64,000 nucleotides of DNA from Vermamoeba vermiformis (taxonomy: Eukaryota), in NCBI GenBank assembly GCA_045837725.1, contig JBEWZL010000076.1:434001-498000 (forward strand), read 5' to 3'. The position numbers were made by a program, and so were the translations under genes. Positions 12,105 to 23,693 of this stretch are shown piece by piece. Position 1 is the first letter of the stretch. Every line of letters begins with the position of its first letter. The notes under the pieces were generated by a model. It was not told the DNA's origin, ran no database searches, and saw nothing but the letters and a program-made list of their open reading frames with translations.

Positions 12105-15100
12105 ATGGACAAGAAAATTCATGAGGAAATTGATCCTCGTGAACTAGCTCACCGAGAGGCGCAAAAAAAGCACAAAAATACACCCGTAATTATATTCAAT
12201 AACGTGCTTAGCTCGATTATCAATGATCCAAAGGTAACGTTGATATTTTCTATTTTGTCATTTCAACAACTTTGCTCAATTAATATTGCTGCACAAACCT
12301 ATTAGCTCATTGTATATTATTTTATAATTGCCCTTATTAGTACTACAAACGAAAATACGCAATTTTATCTGACATTTTCAAATAATCACAAATAAACTCG
12401 CAGCTGTTACATTTACTCCAAAGGCTGCATTAATTACATTAATAATACATTGTATTAATATTCTTCGTACACAGGCCCCTCAAACACAACCTGAAAAGAA
12501 TCCGGAAACAATTCCAGATGCCGGTCTTCCCAATATCACTTTTGAGTCGTTCAATCAATATTTAACGTCGATCAAAGAGGTAAATATGACGAAGTGCATC
12601 TAAATGCGACATGTAATAATAACAATGCCCCTATTCAGCCCTATCGACGGTTCATGCAACATCGCATTGAGTCTGAGAACGAAGCGCTGAAGAAACGCGA
12701 AGAAGAAAAGAAAGAAAAACAAGCTGGTACGTGCATAATAGGAGTGGTTATATGATATTAATGGAACTGCAACAGACATGAAAGTCAGTCAAACAATACA
12801 GACCTTGAATGAAATCCCCGAAATATTTTTGTCCGAACGATTTGACCTGCACGACCCCGCGACCTTTGAAGCGATTTTGAACACCTCTAACTCCTCGTTC
12901 AGTGAATTGCACGAGAAGGTACGTCGCACTTGACATGACGAGATCGTACCCTGACTGACAGTCTACTTGCAGCTCTTGTCGTACAAAGACAATGTTGAAA
13001 GTGCACTCGTCAAGCACGTGACACGACGCTCCACAGAAGTCTTCACCACCCTCGCGGATGTGCGGCGATTGCACGCTGAAGTCGGCACTGTCACTGAAGC
13101 TGCTGGCGGACTCAACGCGCGACTGCAAACGTGGCCTGGGAACTGGGCCCTGCAAGCCCTGGGACTGCTGCAAATGAAAGCTAGACGAGAGAAGTTGCGC
13201 CTCGTGATCGAGAAGGTAAGTGACATATAAAGCTTATTGTAACTGTTAATTTAACTCGGTGCCAGTACCAACTGATGTCGATGGTCATTCAAGCACGGCC
13301 CATGCTCGAAACACTGTTGAACAGCGGAGATTTCACGACAGCCCTGGACTTGGCAGTGACAACACGTGACTTGATTCAGACTGAACTGCGCGGCATTGAA
13401 GCAATGAACGAGTCACTGGCGCACTTGCAGAAGATGGTTAAATCCATCGCGCGCAAGATGACCGACGAGTTCGTGCACGTGTCACTCACTGCGCCATATC
13501 ACCGCGCAGCAGGTCAGACTGGTCTGCCTGACAAGCTCGAACAGAATCAGTTGACGGTCGTGCATTATTTCTTGGAACTATTGGCCATGCGCAAGGCTCC
13601 TAAAGCACTCTCTAAATATCGTGAAGCTGCGTTGAAACACGTCAAAGAGTTGATCCGCACTGTAAGTCCAATATCAATAGTATTTTCTCATTCCTGACAT
13701 CACCTAGACGATGGTCGAAGTGACAGTCACAACGAAACAATTCAACGAGCACGTGAAACAAATGGACATTGAGAAGTTCACGGTCAAGCTCGATGAACTC
13801 TATCAAAAGCTCATTGAACTCGTGCGTCGCTTAGTGGACAATCACGCGATCATTGCCCTCGCTCTGAGTGACATGTTGCACGGCCAGTACGAGAAGCCAC
13901 AAAAAGAGGCGTCATTGCCCGGTGACCTCGTTGAAAATGTCGATCAGTTGCTGCACCGATGTCGCGAGGGAGTGACAGACATCAATGACGTGGCTCCTGA
14001 GCCTGCCAGCTCGCGTCAACAACAACTGGACGAGCTCAAAGTCAAACAAAAACACATCTACAAACGATTCAGACACCAACAACATCGTGAATTCAAGCGC
14101 AAGACACGCGAGAGCAAGTCAAGCACGCCTGCTGCGCCTGGCACACCAACATTCAAGAGAAATCCTGCCAAGAAATTGGCCACGACACCTGACCCCGCCA
14201 CACCACCGACCACTCGGCGACGTCGAAAAGATGGCACAGTGGAGCCAGTGATTGTCACTGAAGAGGAACAGCGCTACTTGAGCGAACAATATCACACCAC
14301 ACGCATGACCTCGCTGATTGAAAACGACGAAGTGCTGTAAGTAACGCGACTCGAGATATGTTGGTGACGGTATTAACGATCAGCTAGCAATGCAATCATT
14401 GACACGATGGAGAAGTTATTGCAAGACATGTTGTTGTTGCGCGCTGATTCGCTGCGACGAGTGGGCGTCGATTTCATCGCCAATGTCTTCGTCAAATGCG
14501 ACACAGTAGTCACCACACTCGACGGCATGTTAGCGACCTGTCAGCCCGCTGAACCCTCACGGCCCAAACCCCGCACCAAGATGATACGCGCGACAGTGTT
14601 GTCCATTGGCAAAGGGTTCTTGGAAATGTTTCACACGAACAAAGTGTCACAGATGTCACTCATCCTCGACAACGAGCAGTGGACGCAAGCTGAAGTCGCA
14701 GCAGAGTTCAAAGACATTGTGCTCAGTCTGCTGCACCCCTCGCTGCTGCAACACACGGATCCGAATGCACCAATCAGTCCACGAGGGGCCAAGGACAACC
14801 AACAAGAGCTGGTCATTGACGGCGAGAAGTTCGTGGTGCTCAACAGCGAGTTGATGTTCTTCAAGCTGATCGGTGACTACCTCACCTGCTTCAGAAAAAT
14901 TCCGCTGATCCGACCTGACGTCATCATTCGCATTGTAGAGATGTTCAAGGTAATTTGTAATATAATACCAATTCATAGGTCTAATGTCGTGTTTGTATAG
15001 CTCTTCAATCTCAAAACACATTCGTTAGTGCTGCATCAAGGAGCCATGCAAGCAGCGAGCAATCTCAAATCCATTACCGCCAAGAACTTAGGTATGTAGT

Positions 15101-15649
15101 GTTTGTATAAGTGATAAGTACGGTACTAATGATCTCAAAGCCGTTACATCCCAATGTTTAAGTCTGCAGATCAAGCTGATCCCGCACGTTAGAGAGAACT
15201 TGAAGGATTTATTGACTGAAAAGCAGATGCCACTATTGAATGAAATGAATACAGTACTACAAGATTACAAGGACCATCGACAGCAGATCTTCGACAAGTT
15301 TGTTGCGCTGATGCGAGAACGAGCAGATCAGTTCTTCAAGAACTTCAAAGTCGACGTCAATGCGCCGAAACCCTCCAACAATTTTGCTGAGCTCGTCAAG
15401 AAGACATTAGTGTTGCATAAAGTGCTCTATCCGATCCTGCCGCTCGATCAGTTCCAAAGCGTATTCAAAGGCGTAGTTCACGCTTATTATGAACGCATTA
15501 AGAAGGCAGCTGAAGGTCAAACGTTGGATGCTAATCAAAAGAAACGCTTGGCTGGCGACATTCAATACTTGTTGGACTACATTAAGGGATTAGAAGGAAT
15601 TGCTGATCCAGGTGAAGAGTTGGTGGCTTTTATTAAAACTTTGCAATAA
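12105..15649 (+). CDS. VPS54: GARP complex subunit Vps54-like, multi-exon
   Basis: IPEIFLSERFDL, KLLSYKDNVESALVKHVTRRSTEVF, LILDNEQWTQAEV, F.VLNSELM, LKSITAKNLAVTSQCL, DYKDHRQQIFDKFVALMRER. Confidence 0.85.
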
Positions 15650-15841
15650 AGGCGCATGGCGCTTACTTAAGTCTCGTATTATCTCAATTTCCGGTCAAAC
15701 CTTTTTCTTCCGGATCACACAGCTGACATCAGTGTGCTGACCAAGTACTAACACATCTATTCGGTTAAATTATATTTATAACATTGACAATTCGTTTTTT
15801 ACAAGGTTAAATAACACGCACACCGCTGATCCCGCTCAAAG

Positions 15842-17134
15842 TTAGCAGGCGCAGTCGGAATTTTTCTCGGGCTGCACGTCCAATCGAGTGCCGCTAATAA
15901 CAGTCGTCGGCGTGATGGGCTGACCACCACCGCTGTTGATCATTCGGTTCTTAATCTCGCGCGCCATCATCACGAAAGCCTTTTCAATATTTGTCGAGTT
16001 TTTCGCACTTGTTTCAATGAAAGGAATGCCAAGACTGTCCGCGTATTCCTGCAATATAAACACGTGAGTACTCAGTGCGCGGTATATTAACGTATCACAT
16101 CGCTATTCGTGCAATACATCGCTAACTTGTCATGCAAGTCAAGGCGTACCTTGGCAGTGTTCGTGTCCACGGCGCGTTTGGACGTCAAATCAGCCTTGTT
16201 GCCGACGAGCAGCTTGTTTACATTTTCACAGGCATAGCGCTCAATCTCTTGCAGCCACTGTTTGACATTGAACCACGAGACCTGATCTGTCACATCGTAC
16301 ACGATAATAATGCCGTGCGCACCTCTGTAATAACTGCTCGTAATTGTTCTGCAAATACAACGTGATTAATAACAGACATTAGGGGGTTGTTGGGGAGTGT
16401 CATGTACCTGAATCGTTCTTGGCCTGCTGTGTCCCACTGTAACACAAGGGAAATTAAGAAAAGTAACTTGAACTGTTATGTGCCGCGTGTTGGGCGACAA
16501 AAGATATTTGCGCAAAAACTGTTTGCAATTTTGCGATTTTTCAGCCGAATTATTTCAAAAATTCCGATTTTTCAAACAGTGCTAGTGGATCGCTTTGCGA
16601 AACTAGTTCTGAAAAGCAAAATTGTAATTATAGGTGAGTAGGATACAATCTGGAGTTTTACTGTTTTGCCATCCAAGTCAATTGTTTTGATTTTCTGCAA
16701 TAGTCAATTAATAACCGTGCTATGGATATTTTAATATAATTGTTATAATAGTACTTACAAAATCAACACCAATAGTGCTGATGTAGCTGTCTGTATACGT
16801 GTCGTCCTAAAATAATTTTTTAATATTCGACGCGGCTAGTTGTAATTATAATAATTGGTCGTGATAGTATCTGATTATTGGTTATTAATATTACATCATT
16901 AAATTTAAATTATCAGGCCTAAGAGAAAAAATATCATTTGAGTAACACGTGTAACGAATAGATTCTTACCGCAAAGCGAAGTAATATACAAGATTTACCG
17001 ACACCAGAGTCGCCAATAAGCAACAATTTGAATAAATAGTCGCTATAATTAATGAAATGTTTTAGTAAAGTGCTGCATATTTTGACTTGCCATCTGAAAA
17101 ATTTTCGTTCTTACTATTCAGGTTGGCTATTCAT
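15842..17134 (-). CDS. RAB1: Rab1/Ypt1 small GTPase, multi-exon
   Basis: [72 protein letters not shown]-terminal CAC. Confidence 0.96.
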
Positions 17135-17609
17135 TGTCCTTTGTTATGTTTCAATTCAATATTAGTTCAATTTAGTATGAAACAGTTTTACGCACATTTT
17201 CAAATAAAATAGTCGTGACTTAATGGGTGCAGTTAAGTCAGGGTAGTCCCAGACGAAATTTCAAATGAGGCGGATCGCCGAGTTGCGTAGCTGTTTACAC
17301 CGTTTAACTTACTTAGTAAATAACTTATTAGTGACGTGTTTAAACATTTTATCTCTTTAAGCTCCTGCTGTTTCGACCCTTATGCACGTATGTATCTCTG
17401 GTGCCTACTAATTGTTTAGAACGTAGTTATATGTTAACACTCCTTCTGAACTCGATCGAGCGGTGTAACAGGTTCGGGACTGAGAAGCGGGCACCCGAAG
17501 TGAAAAACTGCCCGCGACGACAGAAATAGCACGGAAAAAGAAATTGCGTTTGTTGGTCATCGATTACAGTACGAGCACTAGCCACATTAATATTAATATC
17601 ACAAGCATA

Positions 17610-19312
17610 ATGGCCGAATTTAAGCGAAAAGGTTCGTGCAGCGCTTAGACAACAATGATGGGATTTAGACCAGATCGCGTCTTAGTTTGAACGAAACAAT
17701 GCGACACGGTCAAAACAATTACGTTTATTAACAAGGACAATATAATAATCTATTTTTTGCTTTAACAGTTGACAATCCCGATGCGGCTGATTTCGAAACC
17801 AGCGCTGAGGTCAAAGTTTACACAACTTTCGAGCAAATGAAATTGAAAGAAGATTTATTGCGCGGTATTTATGGCTATGGTATGTTAATATGGACCTTTG
17901 TATCGATTTAAAATATTTATTATAATAATGCAAATAATTCTTACTGCCGTTGTAATTTAATAATCCATACTTTGTCAATAATAATGCGGATGACGTATAT
18001 GAAATATAGATAATAATAACGCTAAATAATTTCTCAATTGCGGTTGAAATTTTTTCCGTTTTAAGAACCTGCATCTCACTCCAATACACTATTGAATGCT
18101 CGTCGAGCTGCAATTTAATATCATTTTTGCCATCAAGGTTTCGAGAAGCCTTCAGCCATTCAACAGCGCGCTATTGTGCCCATTATGAGCGGACGGGATG
18201 TGATCGCGCAAGCACAGTCCGGTACAGGCAAGACCGCGACCTTCAGCATTGGTGTGCTGCAGAACATCGACACCTCGACCACGGAGACACAAGCACTCGT
18301 GCTCTCACCCACGCGCGAATTGGCGCAACAGACGCAGAAGGTGATGCTCTCGCTCGGTGATTTCCTCAACGTCGAAGTGCACAGCTGCATTGGTGGCAAG
18401 TCGATGGGCGAGGACATTCGCAAGCTCGAGGCCGGTGTGCAGGTGGTGAGTGGCACGCCTGGTCGTGTGTACGACATGCTCAAGCGCAAGGCCCTGCGCA
18501 CGAACAACATCAAGATGCTGGTGCTGGACGAGGCAGACGAGATGTTGAGCAAGGGCTTCAAAGAACAGATCTACGACATCTACCGCTACCTGCCGCACAG
18601 CACGCAAGTAGTGCTCGTCTCGGCCACACTGCCCCGCGAAGTGCTCGAAATGACGCGCAAGTTCATGACAGATCCGATGCGCATTCTCGTGAAGCGTGAC
18701 GAGTTGACGCTCGAAGGCATCAAACAGTTCTTCGTGGCAGTCGAGAAAGAGGACTGGAAGTTCGACACGTTGTGCGATCTGTACGACACATTGACCATCA
18801 CACAAGCGGTCATCTTCTGCAACACGCGCAGCAAGGTCGAGTGGCTCACTGAAAAGATGCGCAAAGCTAACTTCACAGTGGTGGCCATGCACGGTGAGAT
18901 GGACCAGAAGGAGCGTGAAGAAATCATGAAGAGCTTCAGATCTGGTGAATAGTACGTGACACTAGGACAATTGATGTATATAGAGCACATGACTAACAAT
19001 GCACTAGCCGTGTGATGATTGTGACAGACCTCTGGGCCCGTGGTATTGACGTGTCACAAGTGTCACTCGTCATCAACTACGACTTGCCCACCAATCGTGA
19101 GAACTACTTGCACCGCATTGGTCGATCAGGTCGATTTGGTCGCAAAGGTGTGGCCATCAATTTTGTGCGAAAAGAAGACATTGGTCTGTTGCGAGATATT
19201 GAACAGTTTTATGCCACGCAAATTGACGGTATGTCATTAGTCTTCACATATGACAAGTGCTGTTACTAACCCTGTTATAGAAATGCCCATGGGTGTTGCA
19301 GATTTGATCTAA
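17610..19312 (+). CDS. EIF4A3: DEAD-box helicase eIF4A-III (exon junction complex)
   Basis: [25 protein letters not shown]; eIF4A3-type [46 protein letters not shown]. Confidence 0.93.
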
Positions 19313-19454
19313 ATCAATTCAAAGTGTAACTTGTAGCAGTGTTTGGTAGAGTAAAAAGCGAAAAATTAACAAAAAAGGAAATACGAGGCAGATGTCGCGT
19401 AGATTATTTACAACGAGAATAGGACCGGAGAATATATACAATCATGATGTGCTG

Positions 19455-21281
19455 TTAATAGTTACTGTACAAATCATCGCTGCGCCACAATTTGATGGAT
19501 TTGTCGCCAGATCCAGTGAACAGCGTGCCCTTGTCAATAGCGAGGGCGTGAATATAGCCGTTGTGTCCTGCCAAGGTCTTCACGCAGGTCCAGGTCTTCT
19601 CTTCCCACACGCGCACGGTGTGATCGAATGAGCCGCTGAACAGATAGCCCTCGCTGTAGCCGAGCTGCCACACCTCCCAATTGTGTCCCGTCAGTGTGGT
19701 CACGTGCTCGTACTTGCGCATGTCGAACACGCGTATCTTGCAGTCATCGCTGCCCACGTAGATGTATCCACCACTCACTGCCACACTCAGCGCACGGGCT
19801 GACTCGTGTTCGTGCGGCTCTTTGTTGCTGATGCGCTTGACGAGGCTGTGATGGCGCTTGTCCCACACGGCCACACTGCGGTCCTCTGACGCGGTCACAA
19901 AGGTGTCGGGCCCGATCGATTTGATGCCCCAAATGCAGTCTTGGTGCGCGGACCACGTGTGCACTGCGGCGTGTGAAGAGACGTCCCAGAGCTTGAGTGT
20001 CTGATAGGCCCCTGAATAGAGCAGCGATTGGCGACCCTGATCTGACTGGCCCCCTGTCCATAATAGGCAATAGACCTGCAGGGAGAGCGAGTGAGTTCAT
20101 AGGCCTCACATAGACTGCTCGTCGTACCTTGCCGTCACCGTGCTGCAGCGTGGCCTCACACCGCGGCGTGTCGTCAATGCGCCACACTTTGATGTAGCCG
20201 TCCCCTGCCCCGCTAAACACGGTGGGTGAGTGCGGATCTGACTCGATCGACCACACTGTCACGCGATGTCCTGCGAGTGATCAGTCGTTGAATGTGACAC
20301 GTGGCTGTTACCTTCGAGTTGCGCGACACATTTGCAGTCACGTGACAGGTCCCAGAGTCTAATTTTAGTGTCGTGACTGCCACTCAGCAGCACGGTCGAG
20401 TTGTGCAGGGCCAGAGCTGTCACGCCGCGCACGTGACCCCACAAGCTGCGCACGCACTTCATGTCCTGCACCTTCCATCGACCAGGGCTCTCGAGCTCTG
20501 TCACGTGACTCGTGTTTGACCGCTCTTGACCGGACACTGCTTTGATCACGTGACGCTCTTCTTCGCTATCACTGTGACGCTGTATTTGACACGTGTCAGA
20601 ATGTCACCAGCGCAGTACTTTCCAAATTTGGTAATTCACTCACCTCGTGCACCAATCGCTTCAATTTGTTAATCTCTTGCGTCTGCTGTTCAATGGTGTG
20701 TTTGAAGAGCGAGATCTGCTGTTCAGTCTTGAGCAGGTACTCTTTGAGCTGTTCGAATACGCAGCTCTTCATATGCGCACTCAACTCGCGCGCGGCACCT
20801 TTCCAAGCACATCCAAAACTGTGGTGCGGACACTGCACTGGATGATACGCGCAACTGCTCATGTGCGCGGTGAGATCGCTGTAGGGCACTATAGTCTCGC
20901 AGCCGCAGTGTTTGTAGCCGCAGTGCACTGGCAGCTCACCAATCAGCGCATTTACCACCAGATTTGGATGCACCAGCGTTGGATCAATCGCGTGACGACA
21001 GAGCGGACATTGAGGTTTGTCATTGCCTGTGATCGCTCTATTTAGACACTCTTTGCAGAATGTGTGGCCGCACTCGCTGTAGTATTCAGAGTTAATAGGC
21101 GAAATTTAATGGGCAAATTGAAAAAATATCAAAAAATGTATTTATATAAATAAATTAATATAAAATCAACGATCATAGTAAATGACATGTACCTCGTAAT
21201 AATAGCCTCTTTGAATACGTCCTGACAAATAGGACACGATAAACTCTTTGATGGAGCAGTCACAAAAGGTGGATCTTCCAT
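19455..21281 (-). CDS. RING - TRAF zinc finger - coiled coil - WD40 protein (TRAF7-like E3 ligase architecture)
   Basis: RING LSCPICQDVF..CGHTFCKEC..CPLCR; TRAF-type C..H.FGC.W.G..L..H..C; coiled coil; GH...WD repeats including LTGHNWEVW and LFSGSFDHTVRVW. Confidence 0.82.
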
Positions 21282-21476
21282 CTGACTTCTAGAAGGTAGT
21301 GGTTCCCTTAGCGATTGTGGACATCAATATAGTGCTCGTGCGAGGTAAATGATTTGCAATGCAGTTGTAAATATCAACAATGGCGTGGCTGTGGCGTCAC
21401 TCGCATGTCACTGAATGGTCATTTATTTGCAACGAGCACGAGGTCCACAATAGTGTACACCGGACTATAGCGCACA

Positions 21477-22072
21477 ATGACTATCAAGTACTTCTTATTG
21501 GTCAACAAACAGGGTCAAACACGACTCAGCAAGTACTACGACTATCTGCCCATTGATGAGCGGATCTCACTCGAAGGTGAAGTGGTGCGCAAATGTCTCT
21601 CGCGCAGTGACTCGCAGGTAATTAATATAGTGCATAACGTGGCATGATGTTATGCGTTATTGTGCAGTGTACATAATTATACCGAATATTATTTGAATTA
21701 TTCGTATTTTTCGTAATTTAATTAGCCTCAACACCCCTCCTAATTATCCACTACTTACACTGCATATAGTGCGCATTCATCGAGTACAAAGATCACAAGC
21801 TCGTATATAGACGCTACGCTAGTCTCTATTTCATCGTGGGTGTCGATCAACTCGAAAATGAACTCGGCGTGCTAGAACTGATCCACATGATAGTCGAGAC
21901 ATATGACGCTTATTTCTCTAATGTCTGCGAGCTCGACATTATGTTCAATCTCGAAAAGGCGCACATGCTCGTGGATGAGGTGCTGAACCGCGGCAACATT
22001 GCAGAGACTTGTCGCCGCAACATCTTGGAGCCGATTGTGCTGCTCGATCAGACCTCGAAGGAGAAGAACTGA
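21477..22072 (+). CDS. AP4S1: AP-4 adaptor complex sigma subunit
   Basis: [56 protein letters not shown]. Confidence 0.93.
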
Positions 22073-22605
22073 TAGCTGCATATTCAGCGAGTATAAGGGC
22101 TTGTAATATATAACAATAAAACCCCTCTGTGAATAATCAGCGGATCTGTCATTTCACTGAACACGCCATTCAGTGAACTGCTGTCAAACGCTACACACTA
22201 ACGCGATGTCATACCTATACTAGGCACTAGTAATTAGAGTCGATGCACCGCTGAGTTTCCCTCAACAGCGTTGCTAGATCTGCCGGTACAAAAAAATGAC
22301 TTTTAATGCGCTACATGACTGTGCTTAGAGGTCTGTAGAGTGCATGATACGACTTTCTAGAATATAGTGCTATATACATCGATAATAGGAGTGCCAGCAG
22401 CGTGTTAGGTTAGAGATTGGCCTTGGACCTGCATCCAAAGAAAAAACAATAATTAACGACACTAACGGCTTATAATGCATTAAATATATAAGTATGATAA
22501 TTGTTCGTTGAATTACACTCTCTAATTGAAGTGTATTTGTTTATTCAAAAAAGAAAACTTCTTGCGATCAGATCGACGCAAAAAAGAATAGTAATTATAA
22601 GAGCA

Positions 22606-23382
22606 TTACTTAAGGTTGGCAGAGGCGAACTCCCAATTGACGAGGTGCCAGAAAGCTTCGAGGTACTTGGCGCGGTCGTTGCGGTAGTCGATGTAGTAAG
22701 CGTGTTCTGAGATGGAACAAAAGTAAATCCGAGGTGTTCTCAAAGCGAGCTAATAAATGCGTAGAATATTATAGTACATACCCCAAACGTCGCAAGTCAA
22801 AACGGGGGTCTTGCCTTGAGTGAGAGGGTTGCCTGCATCGTGAGCACCAACAATTTCGAGCTTGTTGTTGTCGTCGCGAACCAACCAAACCCAACCAGAT
22901 CCGAAGTGGTTGATGGCCTCTTCTTGGAACTTCTTCTTGAACTCATCGAAGGAGCCGAAAGAAGCATTGATCGCATCAGCAATCTTGCCAGAAGGAGCAT
23001 TGCCACCCTTAGGGCTCAATGACTTCCAGTAGAAAGTGTGGTTCCAGATCTGTGGTGGTGTATTTGTAAGTACAATATTCAATAGGAGAGATTTCTATTG
23101 ATATTTAATTTTTTTGTCGCGTAATAATTATTTTTAGATCTGCACTCAAAGATACGCAGACTAAGTACATACTTGAGCAGCATTGTTGAACACCTTGCCA
23201 GACTCAGTCTTGACGAGCTCTTCAAGCGACTTTTGAGCGAGAGGAGTGTCAGCCACGAGACCATTGAGCTTGGTGACGTAGCCTTGGTGGTGCTTGCCGT
23301 AGTGGAATTCGAGCGTCTCTTGGCTGATGTGAGGGGCGAGCGCGTTCTTTTCGTAGGGGAGAGGTTCCAACTTGAAAGCCAT
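22606..23382 (-). CDS. Iron superoxide dismutase without a targeting peptide
   Basis: [64 protein letters not shown] is the Fe-type signature. Confidence 0.93.
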
Positions 23383-23693
23383 TTGTGTTTGCGTGTTTGG
23401 TAAGATAAAAAATGAATGAAAAACTTTTTGACCAAGACGAAGATATCTCGGAGAATTTTTTGTGGCCCTGGTCGATGGAGAGCAGCAAGTGTGCGTGTTC
23501 AAGCACGATCGAGGGCTTATTCGGTGGTGTCGGGAAGCATAGGATAATATTTCAGCCAAAAATCGAGCCCACAAATAAGTCCGATCGAAGGTTCTAGATG
23601 CACTCACGAGACACGGCGCAGTGCTTCGAGTCAATGGCACTAGAGGCAAGGAGTATCTACAAGCAGCAGTGTTTACTAATAATACAAGCTATG

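Noticed and set aside
18950-18952. In-frame TAG in eIF4A3 suggesting readthrough or an altered code
   Set aside because: The TAG spans an exon/intron boundary (TA|GTACGT); splicing gives TAC. TAA, TAG and TGA all end genes normally in this window
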